Below, piece by piece: positions 1 to 8,296 of a stretch of DNA of 64,000 bases. The stretch comes from Acidimicrobiales bacterium (lineage in GTDB: Bacteria > Actinomycetota > Acidimicrobiia > Acidimicrobiales > AC-14). The position numbers and the translations under genes were made by a program. Numbering within the stretch: position 1 is the stretch's first letter; each line of letters begins with the position of its first letter. The notes beneath the pieces are model-generated. The model did not search any database and had not been told where the DNA came from. It was given only the letters and a program-made list of their open reading frames with translations. The stretch lies in the NCBI GenBank assembly GCA_038238185.1, contig JBBRXY010000009.1, positions 1,385-65,384 on the forward strand, given 5' to 3'.

Positions 1-1
1 C

Positions 2-352
2 CTACCTCGGCGTGCTCATCGGGTACGCCGGGAGCGCATGCACCGTGTGTGGGGGGGCCAGCGCCGTCCGCACCTCGTTCTCGGCGATGGTGATGACGTG
101 ACCGTGGTCGTCGATCATGTCACGGGTCGGGTCGGGCATAGCCGTTCGCCAATCGGTCTGTGACTTTCCCGGCATGGCCCCGGCGAGAGAGAACGACGGC
201 CCTTGGCAACCGTGTCGACCGCCGGTGTGGCCGGCGTCGGGGTTGGGGTAGGCGGTCTTCCAGGCCATTTCCGAGCCTCCCGGCATGGCGCCGGCGATCG
301 AGAACACGGGACTGCAATCGGCTGCGGTGGGTGTGGTGTGTCGCGGATCCAT
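2..352 (-). CDS. Small hypothetical protein (116 aa) with an internal duplicated motif FS[IL]AGAMPG..S...W.TA.P.P
   Basis: Complete ORF (ATG at 352, TAG at 4..2). AGGAA lies about 8 nt upstream of the ATG. The two repeat copies are conserved at protein level but differ at synonymous sites, which argues for real coding. Divergent from the response-regulator gene. Confidence 0.45.
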   Translation of the reverse strand: MDPRHTTPTAADCSPVFSIAGAMPGGSEMAWKTAYPNPDAGHTGGRHGCQGPSFSLAGAMPGKSQTDWRTAMPDPTRDMIDDHGHVITIAENEVRTALAPPHTVHALPAYPMSTPR

Positions 353-488
353 GGGATTCCTGCTTTCGTTGCCGAGACGGTTGCTTCGATGTCAGTGTGG
401 GCTCACTCCTGCCGGCGCAACAGGGCCGAAGGACCCGAATCACCGCGGCAGAAGTCCTCGGACGTCGCGTTTCCGGCCGGCTGGCACG

Positions 489-1154
489 ATGGAAGGCATG
501 ACGACGCGCGTGTTCCTGCTCGACGACCATGAATTGGTCCGTCGAGGAGTGCGCGACCTGGTCTCGGCCGAGAACGACATCATCGTCGTGGGCGAGGCGG
601 CGACTGGTGCGGACGCTCTGCTGCGGATCCCGGCCGCCAATCCCGACGTCGCTGTCCTCGACGTCCGCCTGGGCGAGGGCCGGAGTGGGACCACGGGCGT
701 CGAGGTTTGTCGAGCCGTCCGCTCCGCCCATCCGAAGATCGCCTGCGTGATGCTCACGAGCTATGCCGACGACGACGCCCTGTTCGCGTCGATCATGGCG
801 GGCGCAGCTGGGTATGTCCTCAAGCAGATCCGGGGGTCGGACCTGGTCGACGCCATCCGGCGGGTCGCCGCCGGCGAGAGCCTGCTGGACCCGGCGGTCA
901 CTGCTCGGGTGCTCGAACGGCTCCGTTCCCCGATGGCCGATCCCCTCGCCGCTCTGACCCCGCAGGAACGCCGGATCCTCGACCTGATCACCGAAGGCAT
1001 GACCAATCGCCAGATCGGCGAGGAGATGTTCCTGGCCGAGAAGACCGTGAAGAATTACGTGAGCCATCTGCTGACCAAGCTCGGCATGGAACGGCGGACC
1101 GAGGCAGCCGCCTACGCGGCGACGCTCGCCGAGCGCCGGCGAGCCGATCCGTGA
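489..1154 (+). CDS. NarL/LuxR-family response regulator (DevR/DosR-like)
   Basis: Receiver domain (VFLLDDHELVRRGVRDL..., DVAVLDVRL) plus a C-terminal LuxR HTH (LTPQERRILDLITEGMTNRQIGEEMFLAEKTVKNYVSHLLTKLG). Start trimmed to the ATG at 489 (alternative at 498). The longer ORF from 285 has a non-protein-like N-terminus. Confidence 0.9.
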   Translation: MEGMTTRVFLLDDHELVRRGVRDLVSAENDIIVVGEAATGADALLRIPAANPDVAVLDVRLGEGRSGTTGVEVCRAVRSAHPKIACVMLTSYADDDALFASIMAGAAGYVLKQIRGSDLVDAIRRVAAGESLLDPAVTARVLERLRSPMADPLAALTPQERRILDLITEGMTNRQIGEEMFLAEKTVKNYVSHLLTKLGMERRTEAAAYAATLAERRRADP

Positions 1155-2302
1155 ACCCCCTGCGTGGTATCGACGATCCGGAGCGGCTCCGGGATCTCGT
1201 CACGGCGGTGCTGGCCATCGGCTCCGACCTCTCGCTCCCGTCGGTGCTGCGCCACATCGTCGAGTCGGCGATCACCTTGATCGACGCGCGCTACGGCGCT
1301 CTCGGTGTGCTGGATGCCGCCGGCAAGGGGCTGTCGGAGTTCGTCTACGTCGGCATGAGCCCAGACGAAGTCGCCGGCATCGGGCGACTACCGGAGGGTC
1401 ACGGGATTCTCGGGTTGCTCATCCTTGATCCGGAGCCTCTGCGCCTCGACGTGTTGGGCGCTCATCCCGACAGCTATGGCTTCCCCGCCCACCATCCACC
1501 GATGAAGTCGTTTCTCGGCGTCCCCATCCGCGTACGCGGCCAGGTGTTCGGCAATCTGTACCTGACCGACAAGCACGGCGCAGCCGAGTTTTCCCAAGAC
1601 GACGAGATCCTGGCGGTTGCGCTGGCCGGGGCCGCGGGGATCGCCATCGAGAACTCTCGTTTGTCCGCCCGGGTGCGGGAGCTGTCGCTGGTCGAGGACC
1701 GGGAGCGCATCGCCGCCGACCTCCACGACAACGTCATCCAGCGTCTGTTCGCCACTGGCCTCGGCCTGCAGGCCACGGTCCGGACCATCGACGACCCCGC
1801 TGCCGCCGTTCGCCTCCAGGCGGCTGTCGACGACCTCGACGAGACGATCCGCCAGATCCGGACCACGATCTTCGCCCTGCAGAGCCCGAGGGTGGCGGGC
1901 CGCAGTCTGGGAGGCGAGATCGTCGCCCTGGCCGCCGAAGCTGCCGCCAGTCTGGGCTTCGAGCCTCAGGTGCGCCTCGACGGGCTGATCGACGACCGCG
2001 TCGGCGACGCGACCGGTGTCCAGCTGTTGGCTGTCCTGCGTGAGTCTTTGTCGAACGTGGTTCGCCATGCCGGAGCGTCGGGAGCGGCGGTGGTCGTGGA
2101 GCTGACCGACACCGACCTGGTCGCCACGGTCATCGACGACGGAGTCGGCGCCGGCGTCGGTGAGCGGCCCGGGGGACAGGGTCTCGCCAGCCTGCACCAT
2201 CGGGCCGAGGCTCTGGGTGGAACCCTCGAGATCGGCGTCGGCGCCGACGGGACGGGTACCACGGTGCGCTGGCAGGTGCCCATCCAGGCCGCCGGGAGCT
2301 GA
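1151..2302 (+). CDS. GAF-domain sensor histidine kinase (HisKA_3 / NarX-DevS type)
   Basis: GTG at 1151 overlaps the regulator stop (GTGA). GAF-like segment (ARYGALGVLD...FPAHHPPMKSFLGVPIRVRGQVFGNLYLTDK). H-box RERIAADLHDNVIQRLF. HATPase C-terminus (NVVRHAGAS...GQGLASLHHRAEALGGTLEI). Confidence 0.9.
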   Translation: MNPLRGIDDPERLRDLVTAVLAIGSDLSLPSVLRHIVESAITLIDARYGALGVLDAAGKGLSEFVYVGMSPDEVAGIGRLPEGHGILGLLILDPEPLRLDVLGAHPDSYGFPAHHPPMKSFLGVPIRVRGQVFGNLYLTDKHGAAEFSQDDEILAVALAGAAGIAIENSRLSARVRELSLVEDRERIAADLHDNVIQRLFATGLGLQATVRTIDDPAAAVRLQAAVDDLDETIRQIRTTIFALQSPRVAGRSLGGEIVALAAEAAASLGFEPQVRLDGLIDDRVGDATGVQLLAVLRESLSNVVRHAGASGAAVVVELTDTDLVATVIDDGVGAGVGERPGGQGLASLHHRAEALGGTLEIGVGADGTGTTVRWQVPIQAAGS

Positions 2303-2324
2303 GCCGGGGTCGGAGCCGGTGGGA

Positions 2325-2474
2325 TCAGTGGGGCCGCACCCGCCGTGGCGATCCGAGTCGGTAACGCCAGTGACGGTGGTGGTGCCATCCGCTCTGGCAG
2401 GGCCGGGTAGTCGACCGATAGATGCCCGCCGAAACGACGACCACGAGGGCTGCGGTCATGATGAGGATTGCCAT
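2325..2474 (-). CDS. Possible 49-aa small membrane protein with a His-rich tail (MAILIMTAALVVVVSAGIYRS...GWHHHRHWRY...)
   Basis: Below the ORF-track size cutoff; translated by hand. GGAGG lies 5-8 nt upstream of the ATG at 2474. One hydrophobic helix. No homology recognised. Confidence 0.3.
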   Translation of the reverse strand: MAILIMTAALVVVVSAGIYRSTTRPCQSGWHHHRHWRYRLGSPRRVRPH

Positions 2475-2651
2475 TGGGCCCCTCCTCTGCTCTTAGCATC
2501 ACAAGCGTAGGCACCTCGGGACGGTGGTATCCACTGAGGGGCCGCCGTCGGCGGTGCGTCGGGCCAGCCAAGTCCTCGCGAGAGAGCGGTCGGTGGACCC
2601 GCCGGTTCAGCGCGTGGCTTTGGTTGACCCTGTGCTGCCCCCGGCGTCGGA

Positions 2652-2940
2652 CACGGCGCGCTTGACGGTCTTGGCGGTGGTGCCGCAAATGTCCGTGGCG
2701 CCTCGGTAGGTGCCCACCTCGCGTCAGGCGGCAGTCATGTCCATTCGTTCCCTCACTGATTTCATGGAGTAGTCCTCGGGAGCGGTGTTGGTTGGCACCG
2801 CACCGTCACCGGCCGAGGGACGCGTCGGGTGGATGGTTCAGCGAGGGGTGCGGACTTCCGCTGGCCACCAGCGGGGACTTTTCGTGGCCACCGGCGGGAC
2901 CTCATCTGGCCACCAGCGGGGACTTTCTCATGGCCACGGA
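2652..2940 (-). mobile_element. IS21-like insertion sequence left-end remnant: terminal repeat array plus truncated, stop-interrupted 5' end of the transposase gene
   Basis: 2652..2690 matches 63962..64000 at 37 of 39 nt. The latter is the N-terminal HTH region of the IS21-like transposase at the window end. The minus strand reads MKSVRERMDMTAA*REVGTYRGATDICGTTAKTVKRAV, then homology stops abruptly at about 2652. Three to four direct repeats lie upstream (2862..2940). Confidence 0.6.
2862..2940. repeat. Three and a half tandem 22-24 nt direct repeats (TGGCCACCAGCGGGGACTTT-like)
   Basis: tggccaccagcggggacttttcg / tggccaccggcgggacctcatc / tggccaccagcggggactttctca / tggccacgga. They lie just outside the truncated transposase 5' end, the position of the multiple terminal transposase-binding repeats of IS21-family ends. 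Confidence 0.8.
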
Positions 2941-3086
2941 CACCGTTCGAATTACGACTCACCGGTGAAACGAAAACGGCCAGGCCGTCGGCAGAGAGGA
3001 GCTGCTGGAATCACCACCCAAGTTACGACTGGCGGGACAACCTCGGCACCCACGTGGCAGACTCCTGGCGACGGAAGGTGGCTCCC

Positions 3087-3344
3087 ATGAGCAACGGATT
3101 GATCCCGATCGAGGTCCAGGTTGTACTGCTCCGCCAGACCACCGAGCCGGCGACCGGGGCGTGGGTGCTGCGGTTGCAACGCATCCTGAACGACCTGCAG
3201 GTCGGCCCATTGGAAGTGGACGGCTTCTTCGGGCCCAAGACCGAATCGGCGGTCAAGAAGATCCAGGAGAAGTTGGGCCTGAAGGTCGACGGCGTGGTCG
3301 GTGCGAAGACGTGGACCGACCTCATCAACAACTGGTTCCTGTAA
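3087..3344 (+). CDS. Small peptidoglycan-binding-domain protein (PG_binding_1-like, 85 aa)
   Basis: LQRILNDLQVGPLEVDGFFGPKTESAVKKIQEKLGLKVDGVVGAKTWTDL matches the PGBD repeat signature. GGAAGGTGG Shine-Dalgarno before the ATG at 3087. The upstream part of the 171-aa ORF is non-protein-like. Confidence 0.8.
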   Translation: MSNGLIPIEVQVVLLRQTTEPATGAWVLRLQRILNDLQVGPLEVDGFFGPKTESAVKKIQEKLGLKVDGVVGAKTWTDLINNWFL

Positions 3345-3629
3345 CCACCCGGCAGGGGCCGATTGGCTATTGGGCCATACGAACTTTGGGAACGCCGGCG
3401 GACGGCGCAGGGTCCGGCTACTTCTCGACGTAGATCGCCAATGGCGGGGATGACGCCGCGTCTCGCAAGCCGATCCGTGCGGGGCAGGAGGATTGACGCC
3501 AGATGCCGGGCCATTACCGGGAACTCAGGAACGAGCCTTCCCCGGCTATCTCGATCCGATCCCGTGACTGATCGAAGCGCGCAACGGTTGCCAACGCTGC
3601 GACCCGCAGGCGGGCTGCTGCTGGAGCAG

Positions 3630-3857
3630 CTAGCTCGACGCCGTTTCATCGACGACCTCGGCCATGGGAGCCGCCTTCCGTACTGCGGCGATACCGTTCT
3701 TGGCGCCGGACTTGGACTCGTACGCCTGGCTTGTAGCCACGATCTCGCCGCCTACGGTGATTCGCGGAGCTGGTCTCGCAAGCCGGTCGGGTTTTTGGAC
3801 GACGCCGCCGGATCCCCTCTCGTACACCACGCCCGTGGACTCAACCCAGTTGACCAA
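3630..3857 (-). CDS. YegP/DUF1508-family small protein
   Basis: GGEIVATSQAYESKSGAKNGIAAVRKAAPMAEVVDE matches the DUF1508 core (NGE.ia.S..Y.SK..a.nGI.sV.k.A..A). The exact start is uncertain. Confidence 0.7.
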   Translation of the reverse strand: MVNWVESTGVVYERGSGGVVQKPDRLARPAPRITVGGEIVATSQAYESKSGAKNGIAAVRKAAPMAEVVDETASS

Positions 3858-3875
3858 GGGGACCGCCGAGCGTTG

Positions 3876-4082
3876 CTACTTGCCGAACATGCTTTTTAGG
3901 CCGCCGAGCTTGCCGCCGAGCTTGCCCCCGAGGTCACCGGGGTCCACCCCGAACTTTTTCAGGAGCCCAGCATGCTCTTGCGGGTCCACCTTGTCAGGGA
4001 GTTCCTGTTCGGCCTGTGCAACCTTGTCCTGGTCGCCACGCTTCCGAAGCAGATCGAGAATCATGTCCTTGTCGATATTCAT
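3876..4082 (-). CDS. Small hypothetical protein (68 aa) with a Gly/Lys-rich tail (GGKLGGKLGGLKSMFGK)
   Basis: Clean ORF with protein-like composition and an ATG start. No family recognised. Confidence 0.5.
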   Translation of the reverse strand: MNIDKDMILDLLRKRGDQDKVAQAEQELPDKVDPQEHAGLLKKFGVDPGDLGGKLGGKLGGLKSMFGK

Positions 4083-4513
4083 CGCTGAACCTTTCGGTAG
4101 CCCCGTGGGGTGAGGGCAGCGCCTACGTGAAGTCGTGGCGTGGACGCAAAGCGACCGCCTGCTGGAGCGCCACCTCGCCGGTGCCCTTCACCAGCCCGCT
4201 TTGGGGTCTAATCATCCACGACGGCATCGGAGCCTGTCAAGCACTTTGGGACCAGAGATCAGGATTTCATCTGAGCGTCGTTGGTGATGGCGGTCCCCTC
4301 CTTCCCACTGAGCAAGGATCAGGCACGCGAGCACGGCTCCAGCGCCAACGCGCGCTCTATCGCCTCGCCTTTGGCCAGCCGCGCCAAGAGGATCTGCTCA
4401 GCATCCTGAGGGCGCCACTAATGCCCTCGGCTCATGTCTACCAATTACTGCTGGTGATGCGCTGTGCAATTGCCTTATTCGCTAGTCCGACCTAAAACCG
4501 CTAGTCAGACCTC

Positions 4514-4558
4514 GAGCCCGAGTCGGACTCGAACCGACGACCTGCTCATTACGAGTGA
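4514..4558 (-). other. Partial copy of the tRNA-Thr 3' half (anticodon stem to acceptor end): putative att-type direct repeat
   Basis: The minus strand reads TCACTCGTAATGAGCAGGTCGTCGGTTCGAGTCCGACTCGGGCT. The intact tRNA at 6390..6462 reads TCACTCGTAATGAGCAGGTCATCGGTTCGAATCCGATCTCGGGCT. There are three differences, all in the T arm. No D arm or 5' acceptor homology. Confidence 0.75.
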
Positions 4559-4950
4559 TTCCGGGCTGTGCGCTGTGCTCTGCTGCGTAGACGCAGGTGA
4601 CGGCTGAGCGTACGGTGCTCACTTATCCGCTGTAGCAATCGGCCAAGCCGGGTCTTGGGGGAAGCGGACGGGTCGGATGGGCGCGTAATTTCGGCGTCCA
4701 TGGGCATCCGTGAATCGGCGAATTCCTCTGGATGCGGCAACAGCAACGGCAGCCACCAAGACGCAGCTCAACGAACCGACCCCGGCGAGGCAGACCGCAA
4801 CATTCGATGCCCAGGACAAGATCGACAACCTTTACGGGAGTTCCCCTCAGCCCTCGTACCTGACAGCGATCGCGTCACGGAAATCGACCCGGTGGCCTCC
4901 GAGATCGGATTGGGCCACCGGGTCACTGCTCCCGGGTCACTGCTCCCCGG

Positions 4951-6066
4951 TCAGCTAAGGGCGGGAATCTTGGCGACCTGGCCGTACGAATAGTTGTTGG
5001 GGTCCTCGACGAAGTACATGTACCCGTTGGGGCCGCGGGCGATACCGTCGGCCCGGGCGAAGGCGGTCGGCAACGGGTACTCGTCGATCTGGCCGGTGGC
5101 GATGTTGAGCCGCCCGATCTTGTTGCCACCGTGCTGCTCACCGGTGTCGTCGGCCAGGTAGGAATATTCGGTGAACCAGATGTTGCCGTCGGGGCCGGTG
5201 GCGATCCCGGCCGGGTTGGCCACGAAGTCGGGAGGCGCCTGCTCTGGCACCGTGAACTCGGTGATCTGGCCGCGCGGGTTGATGCGGCCGATCTTGCCCG
5301 GCTCGGGATGGGTGGGCTCCTGATGGCCGTTGGCCCCGATAGAGCCCTGTTCGGTGAAGTACAGGTTCCCGTCGCCGCCGATGGTCAGCCGGCTGGGGTC
5401 GCTGTACGGCGTGGGGATCGGGAAGTTCCCGGTGACGACGCCTGATGTGTTCATCCGCTGGATGTAGCCCTGGTTCCGCTCGGGAAGGCTGGTGGCCGTA
5501 TACCAGAGCTGGCCACGGTAGGCGATGATGCCCACCGCGGGCCCGGTGCCCGGTGCGACCGGGTAGAAGCTGACGTCGCCGGACGTGGTGATGCGCCCGA
5601 TCATGCCGTTATCCGGCCCGCAGCAGTTGACCACGAACCAAAGCGCCCCATCGGGCCCGGCGGTGATGCCGAAGAAGAAGAGTTGGTTCTGCGGTGATCC
5701 GATCTGGAACTCCTTGATCTCGCCCCTGAGGTTGACGCGGCCGATGCGACCGTAGAAGTCGGTGTACCAGAGCCTGCCGTCGGGGCCGACGGTGATGTCG
5801 AGGGGGTTGCTGTCGCGCCCGGCCAGGCTCGACGGGGTGGGGAACTCGGTGAAGTGGCCGTTCGGGCTCATCCGGCCGATGCGGCCCGCCCCTTCGGTGA
5901 ACCACAGGTTGCCGTCGGGCCCGGTGGTGATCCGGTTCAGGCCGGGCCGCTCCGAGGGGACGCGGTACTCGGTGACCGGATGGATCTGTGCTGTCGCCGG
6001 TGCAGCGCCGCCGAGGATGACGAGTAGTGCCAGGAGAGCGGAGATGCCGAACGACCAACGACGCAT
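4951..6066 (-). CDS. Secreted beta-propeller protein, virginiamycin B lyase (Vgb)/COG4257-like repeats
   Basis: Signal peptide MRRWSFGISALLALLVILGGAAPATA. AAGGAG lies 7 nt before the ATG at 6066. Six to seven repeats of the type ITxGPDGNLWFTE...IGRI...G.ITEF. Confidence 0.75.
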   Translation of the reverse strand: MRRWSFGISALLALLVILGGAAPATAQIHPVTEYRVPSERPGLNRITTGPDGNLWFTEGAGRIGRMSPNGHFTEFPTPSSLAGRDSNPLDITVGPDGRLWYTDFYGRIGRVNLRGEIKEFQIGSPQNQLFFFGITAGPDGALWFVVNCCGPDNGMIGRITTSGDVSFYPVAPGTGPAVGIIAYRGQLWYTATSLPERNQGYIQRMNTSGVVTGNFPIPTPYSDPSRLTIGGDGNLYFTEQGSIGANGHQEPTHPEPGKIGRINPRGQITEFTVPEQAPPDFVANPAGIATGPDGNIWFTEYSYLADDTGEQHGGNKIGRLNIATGQIDEYPLPTAFARADGIARGPNGYMYFVEDPNNYSYGQVAKIPALS

Positions 6067-6389
6067 GAATGACTCCTTGTTCTGTTCGCGACGGACAGGT
6101 GATATCAGCACCTCGTCGAGAAGGTGTCAATAAGTGTCGACGGCAGTTAGCGTGTCGCGACCGGCGTCTCGGGGCGGGCGGCGACCCAGGCCTCCTGCAG
6201 TACGTCGAGCAGGACGTGGCGCGACTGGGCACCGGCCACGCCGTAGCTCCCGTCGACCACGAGACCACCTCGACCTCGTCGCTGTGGTCGAGCGAGGAGA
6301 GGGTAGCTTCCGGCGACGGCCCGCCGCGGTAGCGACCCACCGGGACCGAAGCAGGAGCCGGCGGCTAGTGGCAAGTGGCGTGACCTGCG

Positions 6390-6462
6390 AGCCCGAGATC
6401 GGATTCGAACCGATGACCTGCTCATTACGAGTGAGCTGCTCTACCAGCTGAGCTACCCGGGC
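6390..6462 (-). tRNA. tRNA-Thr (anticodon CGT)
   Basis: Hand-folded cloverleaf: GCCCGGG/TA/GCTC-AGCTGGTA-GAGC/A/GCTCA-CTCGTAA-TGAGC/AGGTC/ATCGG-TTCGAAT-CCGAT/CTCGGGC/T. CCA is not encoded. Confidence 0.9.
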
Positions 6463-7595
6463 GTGGCCGTCAGTGTAGGAGACGACTCCGCCACGCTTGG
6501 AGGCCCGCCACCCCGCTCGGAGGGGCTGCTCGGGTCGAGGGGCGGGAGGCGGAGGAACAGGGCCTGGAGTAGGAGGGCCTCGTTCGGGTTCCGGACGAGG
6601 TTCTCGGCTGCCTCCCGCAGGGCGTCGACCGCGGCCACGCATGCCGCGGGGTCGGCCGTACCCGCGACCAGCGCGTCACGGTAGGCCCCGGACAGGACGG
6701 CCAGGCCGAAGCGCAGCTCGTCGGTGCGCAGGCGACGCAGCTCCCGCTTGTGGCGGTCGGCGAGCTCCTTGCGTCCCGAACCCCGTTCGCCGGTGCGCGC
6801 CACCCGATCGGCCAGGGCGGCCGCCTCGGCCGCTTGGCTTGCCTCCAGGGGCGCCACGGCTGCGGCCGACAACAACTCGGCCAGCTCGGCGGCCACCACG
6901 CCCACCGCCGCACCGGTGCCGTCGAGGCGACGGGGAACCGCCTGCCAGGCAGACCGGCGCCGTCCGAAGTCCGGATCGGAGGCCAGCAGGCGCGCGCGGT
7001 CGAGACGCCCACCTGCGGACGCAGCCACCTCGCTGGCGAGCGTCTCGTCGACGCCGTCGGCCATGAGGGCGGTCACCAGGTCGGCTGAAGCGACGGCGGT
7101 CAGCTCGATCCGTACGGATCGGGAGGCGATGGTCACCAGCTCCGGGGGGACATGGTCGGCGAGGATCACGAACACCGTGCTCGCGGGCGGCTCCTCGATC
7201 ACCTTGAGCAGGGTGGGCCCGGCTTCTCGGACGAGGTGGAAGTCGGTGAGCACGAGCACCTTCCGGGGCCGTTCGTTCGGGGTGCGCATGGCCAGGCGCT
7301 GGATCTCGCGCGCCTGGGCCACGCTGATGGACGCCCCCTCGCGTTCCACCACCACCAGATCGGGATGGACCCGGGCGGCGACACGGACGCAGACGTCACA
7401 GGACCCACAGCCACCGTCGGGACACAGGAGAGCGGCGGCGAACGCCAGCGCCGCCGACTCCTTCCCGCTGCCGGGTGGACCCACGAACAGGTAGGCATGG
7501 ACCGGGGCACGTACGGCGGCTCGCAGCTCGGCCACCGCCCGGTCCTGGCCGACGACGTCGTCGAACACCAGCCCGGCCACGCCGGATTCGGTCAC
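6453..7595 (-). CDS. holB: DNA polymerase III subunit delta'
   Basis: FDDVVGQDRAVAELRAAV...HAYLFVGPPGSGKESAALAFAAALLC, a Cys cluster (CPDGGCGSCDVC) and LLKVIEEPP. The predicted stop overlaps the tRNA-Thr 5' end by about 10 nt. Confidence 0.85.
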   Translation of the reverse strand: MTESGVAGLVFDDVVGQDRAVAELRAAVRAPVHAYLFVGPPGSGKESAALAFAAALLCPDGGCGSCDVCVRVAARVHPDLVVVEREGASISVAQAREIQRLAMRTPNERPRKVLVLTDFHLVREAGPTLLKVIEEPPASTVFVILADHVPPELVTIASRSVRIELTAVASADLVTALMADGVDETLASEVAASAGGRLDRARLLASDPDFGRRRSAWQAVPRRLDGTGAAVGVVAAELAELLSAAAVAPLEASQAAEAAALADRVARTGERGSGRKELADRHKRELRRLRTDELRFGLAVLSGAYRDALVAGTADPAACVAAVDALREAAENLVRNPNEALLLQALFLRLPPLDPSSPSERGGGPPSVAESSPTLTATPG

Positions 7596-8284
7596 GGCGT
7601 CTCCCCCAGGTCGTTCTGGTCACGCTTCTGCGGGCCAGGGGCCGGGGCAACGTGACCGGAACCAGGGGTGGACAGCCCGAGGCGCACCGAAACCGCATCC
7701 CACACCTGTTCGGCCACCTCGTCGGCCGACGCCGAACCGTCGACGACGGTCCAGCGGTTTGGGTCGGCGGCGGCCAGAGAGCGGTACCCGGCGCGGACCC
7801 GGTCGTGGAAGTCGGTGCGACGCGACTCCAGCCGGTCGAGGGCCTGGCCCCGTTGGCGACCGGTGGCTGCCGAGGTGTCCACATCGAGGAGGACGACCAG
7901 GTCGGGCTCGAGGCCGCTGCTGGCCCAGGTCGACAGCCACGAGAGCTCGTCCCGGTCAAGGCTCTGGCCGTAACCCTGGTAGGCGAGGGTCGATCCCGAG
8001 AAACGGTCGCTCACCACGTGACGACCGGCCTCGAGCGCCGGCTCCACCACCTCGCGTACATGCTGGGCCCGATCGGCGGCCAGCAGCAGAGCTTCGGCCC
8101 GGGGATTGATGGCGACGTTGGCCGGGTCGAGCACCAGGGCCCGGATGTGGCGACCGATGGCCGTTCCGCCGGGCTCCCGGGTCAGCACCGCTCCCCACCG
8201 GGCGGCCAGGGTCGCCGCCTGGGTCGACTTGCCACTCGCCTCGCCCCCCTCGAAGGCCACGAAGCGCCCTCGGGGCGGGGTCAT
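7592..8284 (-). CDS. tmk: Thymidylate (dTMP) kinase
   Basis: GRFVAFEGGEASGKSTQAATLA...TREPGGT P-loop and TMP-binding motifs. 4-nt overlap with the holB start. Confidence 0.9.
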   Translation of the reverse strand: MTPPRGRFVAFEGGEASGKSTQAATLAARWGAVLTREPGGTAIGRHIRALVLDPANVAINPRAEALLLAADRAQHVREVVEPALEAGRHVVSDRFSGSTLAYQGYGQSLDRDELSWLSTWASSGLEPDLVVLLDVDTSAATGRQRGQALDRLESRRTDFHDRVRAGYRSLAAADPNRWTVVDGSASADEVAEQVWDAVSVRLGLSTPGSGHVAPAPGPQKRDQNDLGETP

Positions 8285-8296
8285 GTCATCGCCGCC

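Noticed and set aside
2950-3086. Possible c-di-AMP (ydaO-type) riboswitch upstream of the peptidoglycan-binding mini-protein. Such leaders precede cell-wall genes in actinobacteria. The region contains GGAATCACCACCCAAG and a duplicated TTACGACT.
   Set aside because: I could not find the conserved GGGGACCCA / GGGUGAAUCC / CCGAACCCG core elements. The region may instead be the outer end of the IS remnant. An Rfam cmscan would settle it.
4100-4513. Expected integrase pseudogene next to the tRNA fragment (ORF 4016..4495 and all minus-strand frames translated by eye).
   Set aside because: No tyrosine-recombinase motifs (R..H..R..Y box regions) were recognisable in any frame. Only short, stop-ridden frames are present.
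4559-4580. AGCCCGG just 5' of the tRNA-Thr fragment could pair with its 3' acceptor strand, suggesting a D-arm-less mini-tRNA.
   Set aside because: The anticodon stem 5' strand is not conserved (AATCA versus GCTCA) and there is no D arm. The pairing is most simply coincidental, so the att-repeat interpretation is preferred.
4619-4828. 69-aa ORF with one TM helix in the tRNA-fragment-proximal spacer.
   Set aside because: Its only start is a TTG with no RBS. It overlaps another equally weak ORF (4549..4746) in low-GC, likely non-coding DNA.
6453-6462. About 10-nt overlap between the holB stop and the tRNA-Thr 5' end, considered as a sign of mis-annotation or a chimeric tRNA.
   Set aside because: The holB C-terminal tail is non-conserved and could end earlier in reality, and the tRNA folds normally. 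This is probably just tight packing.
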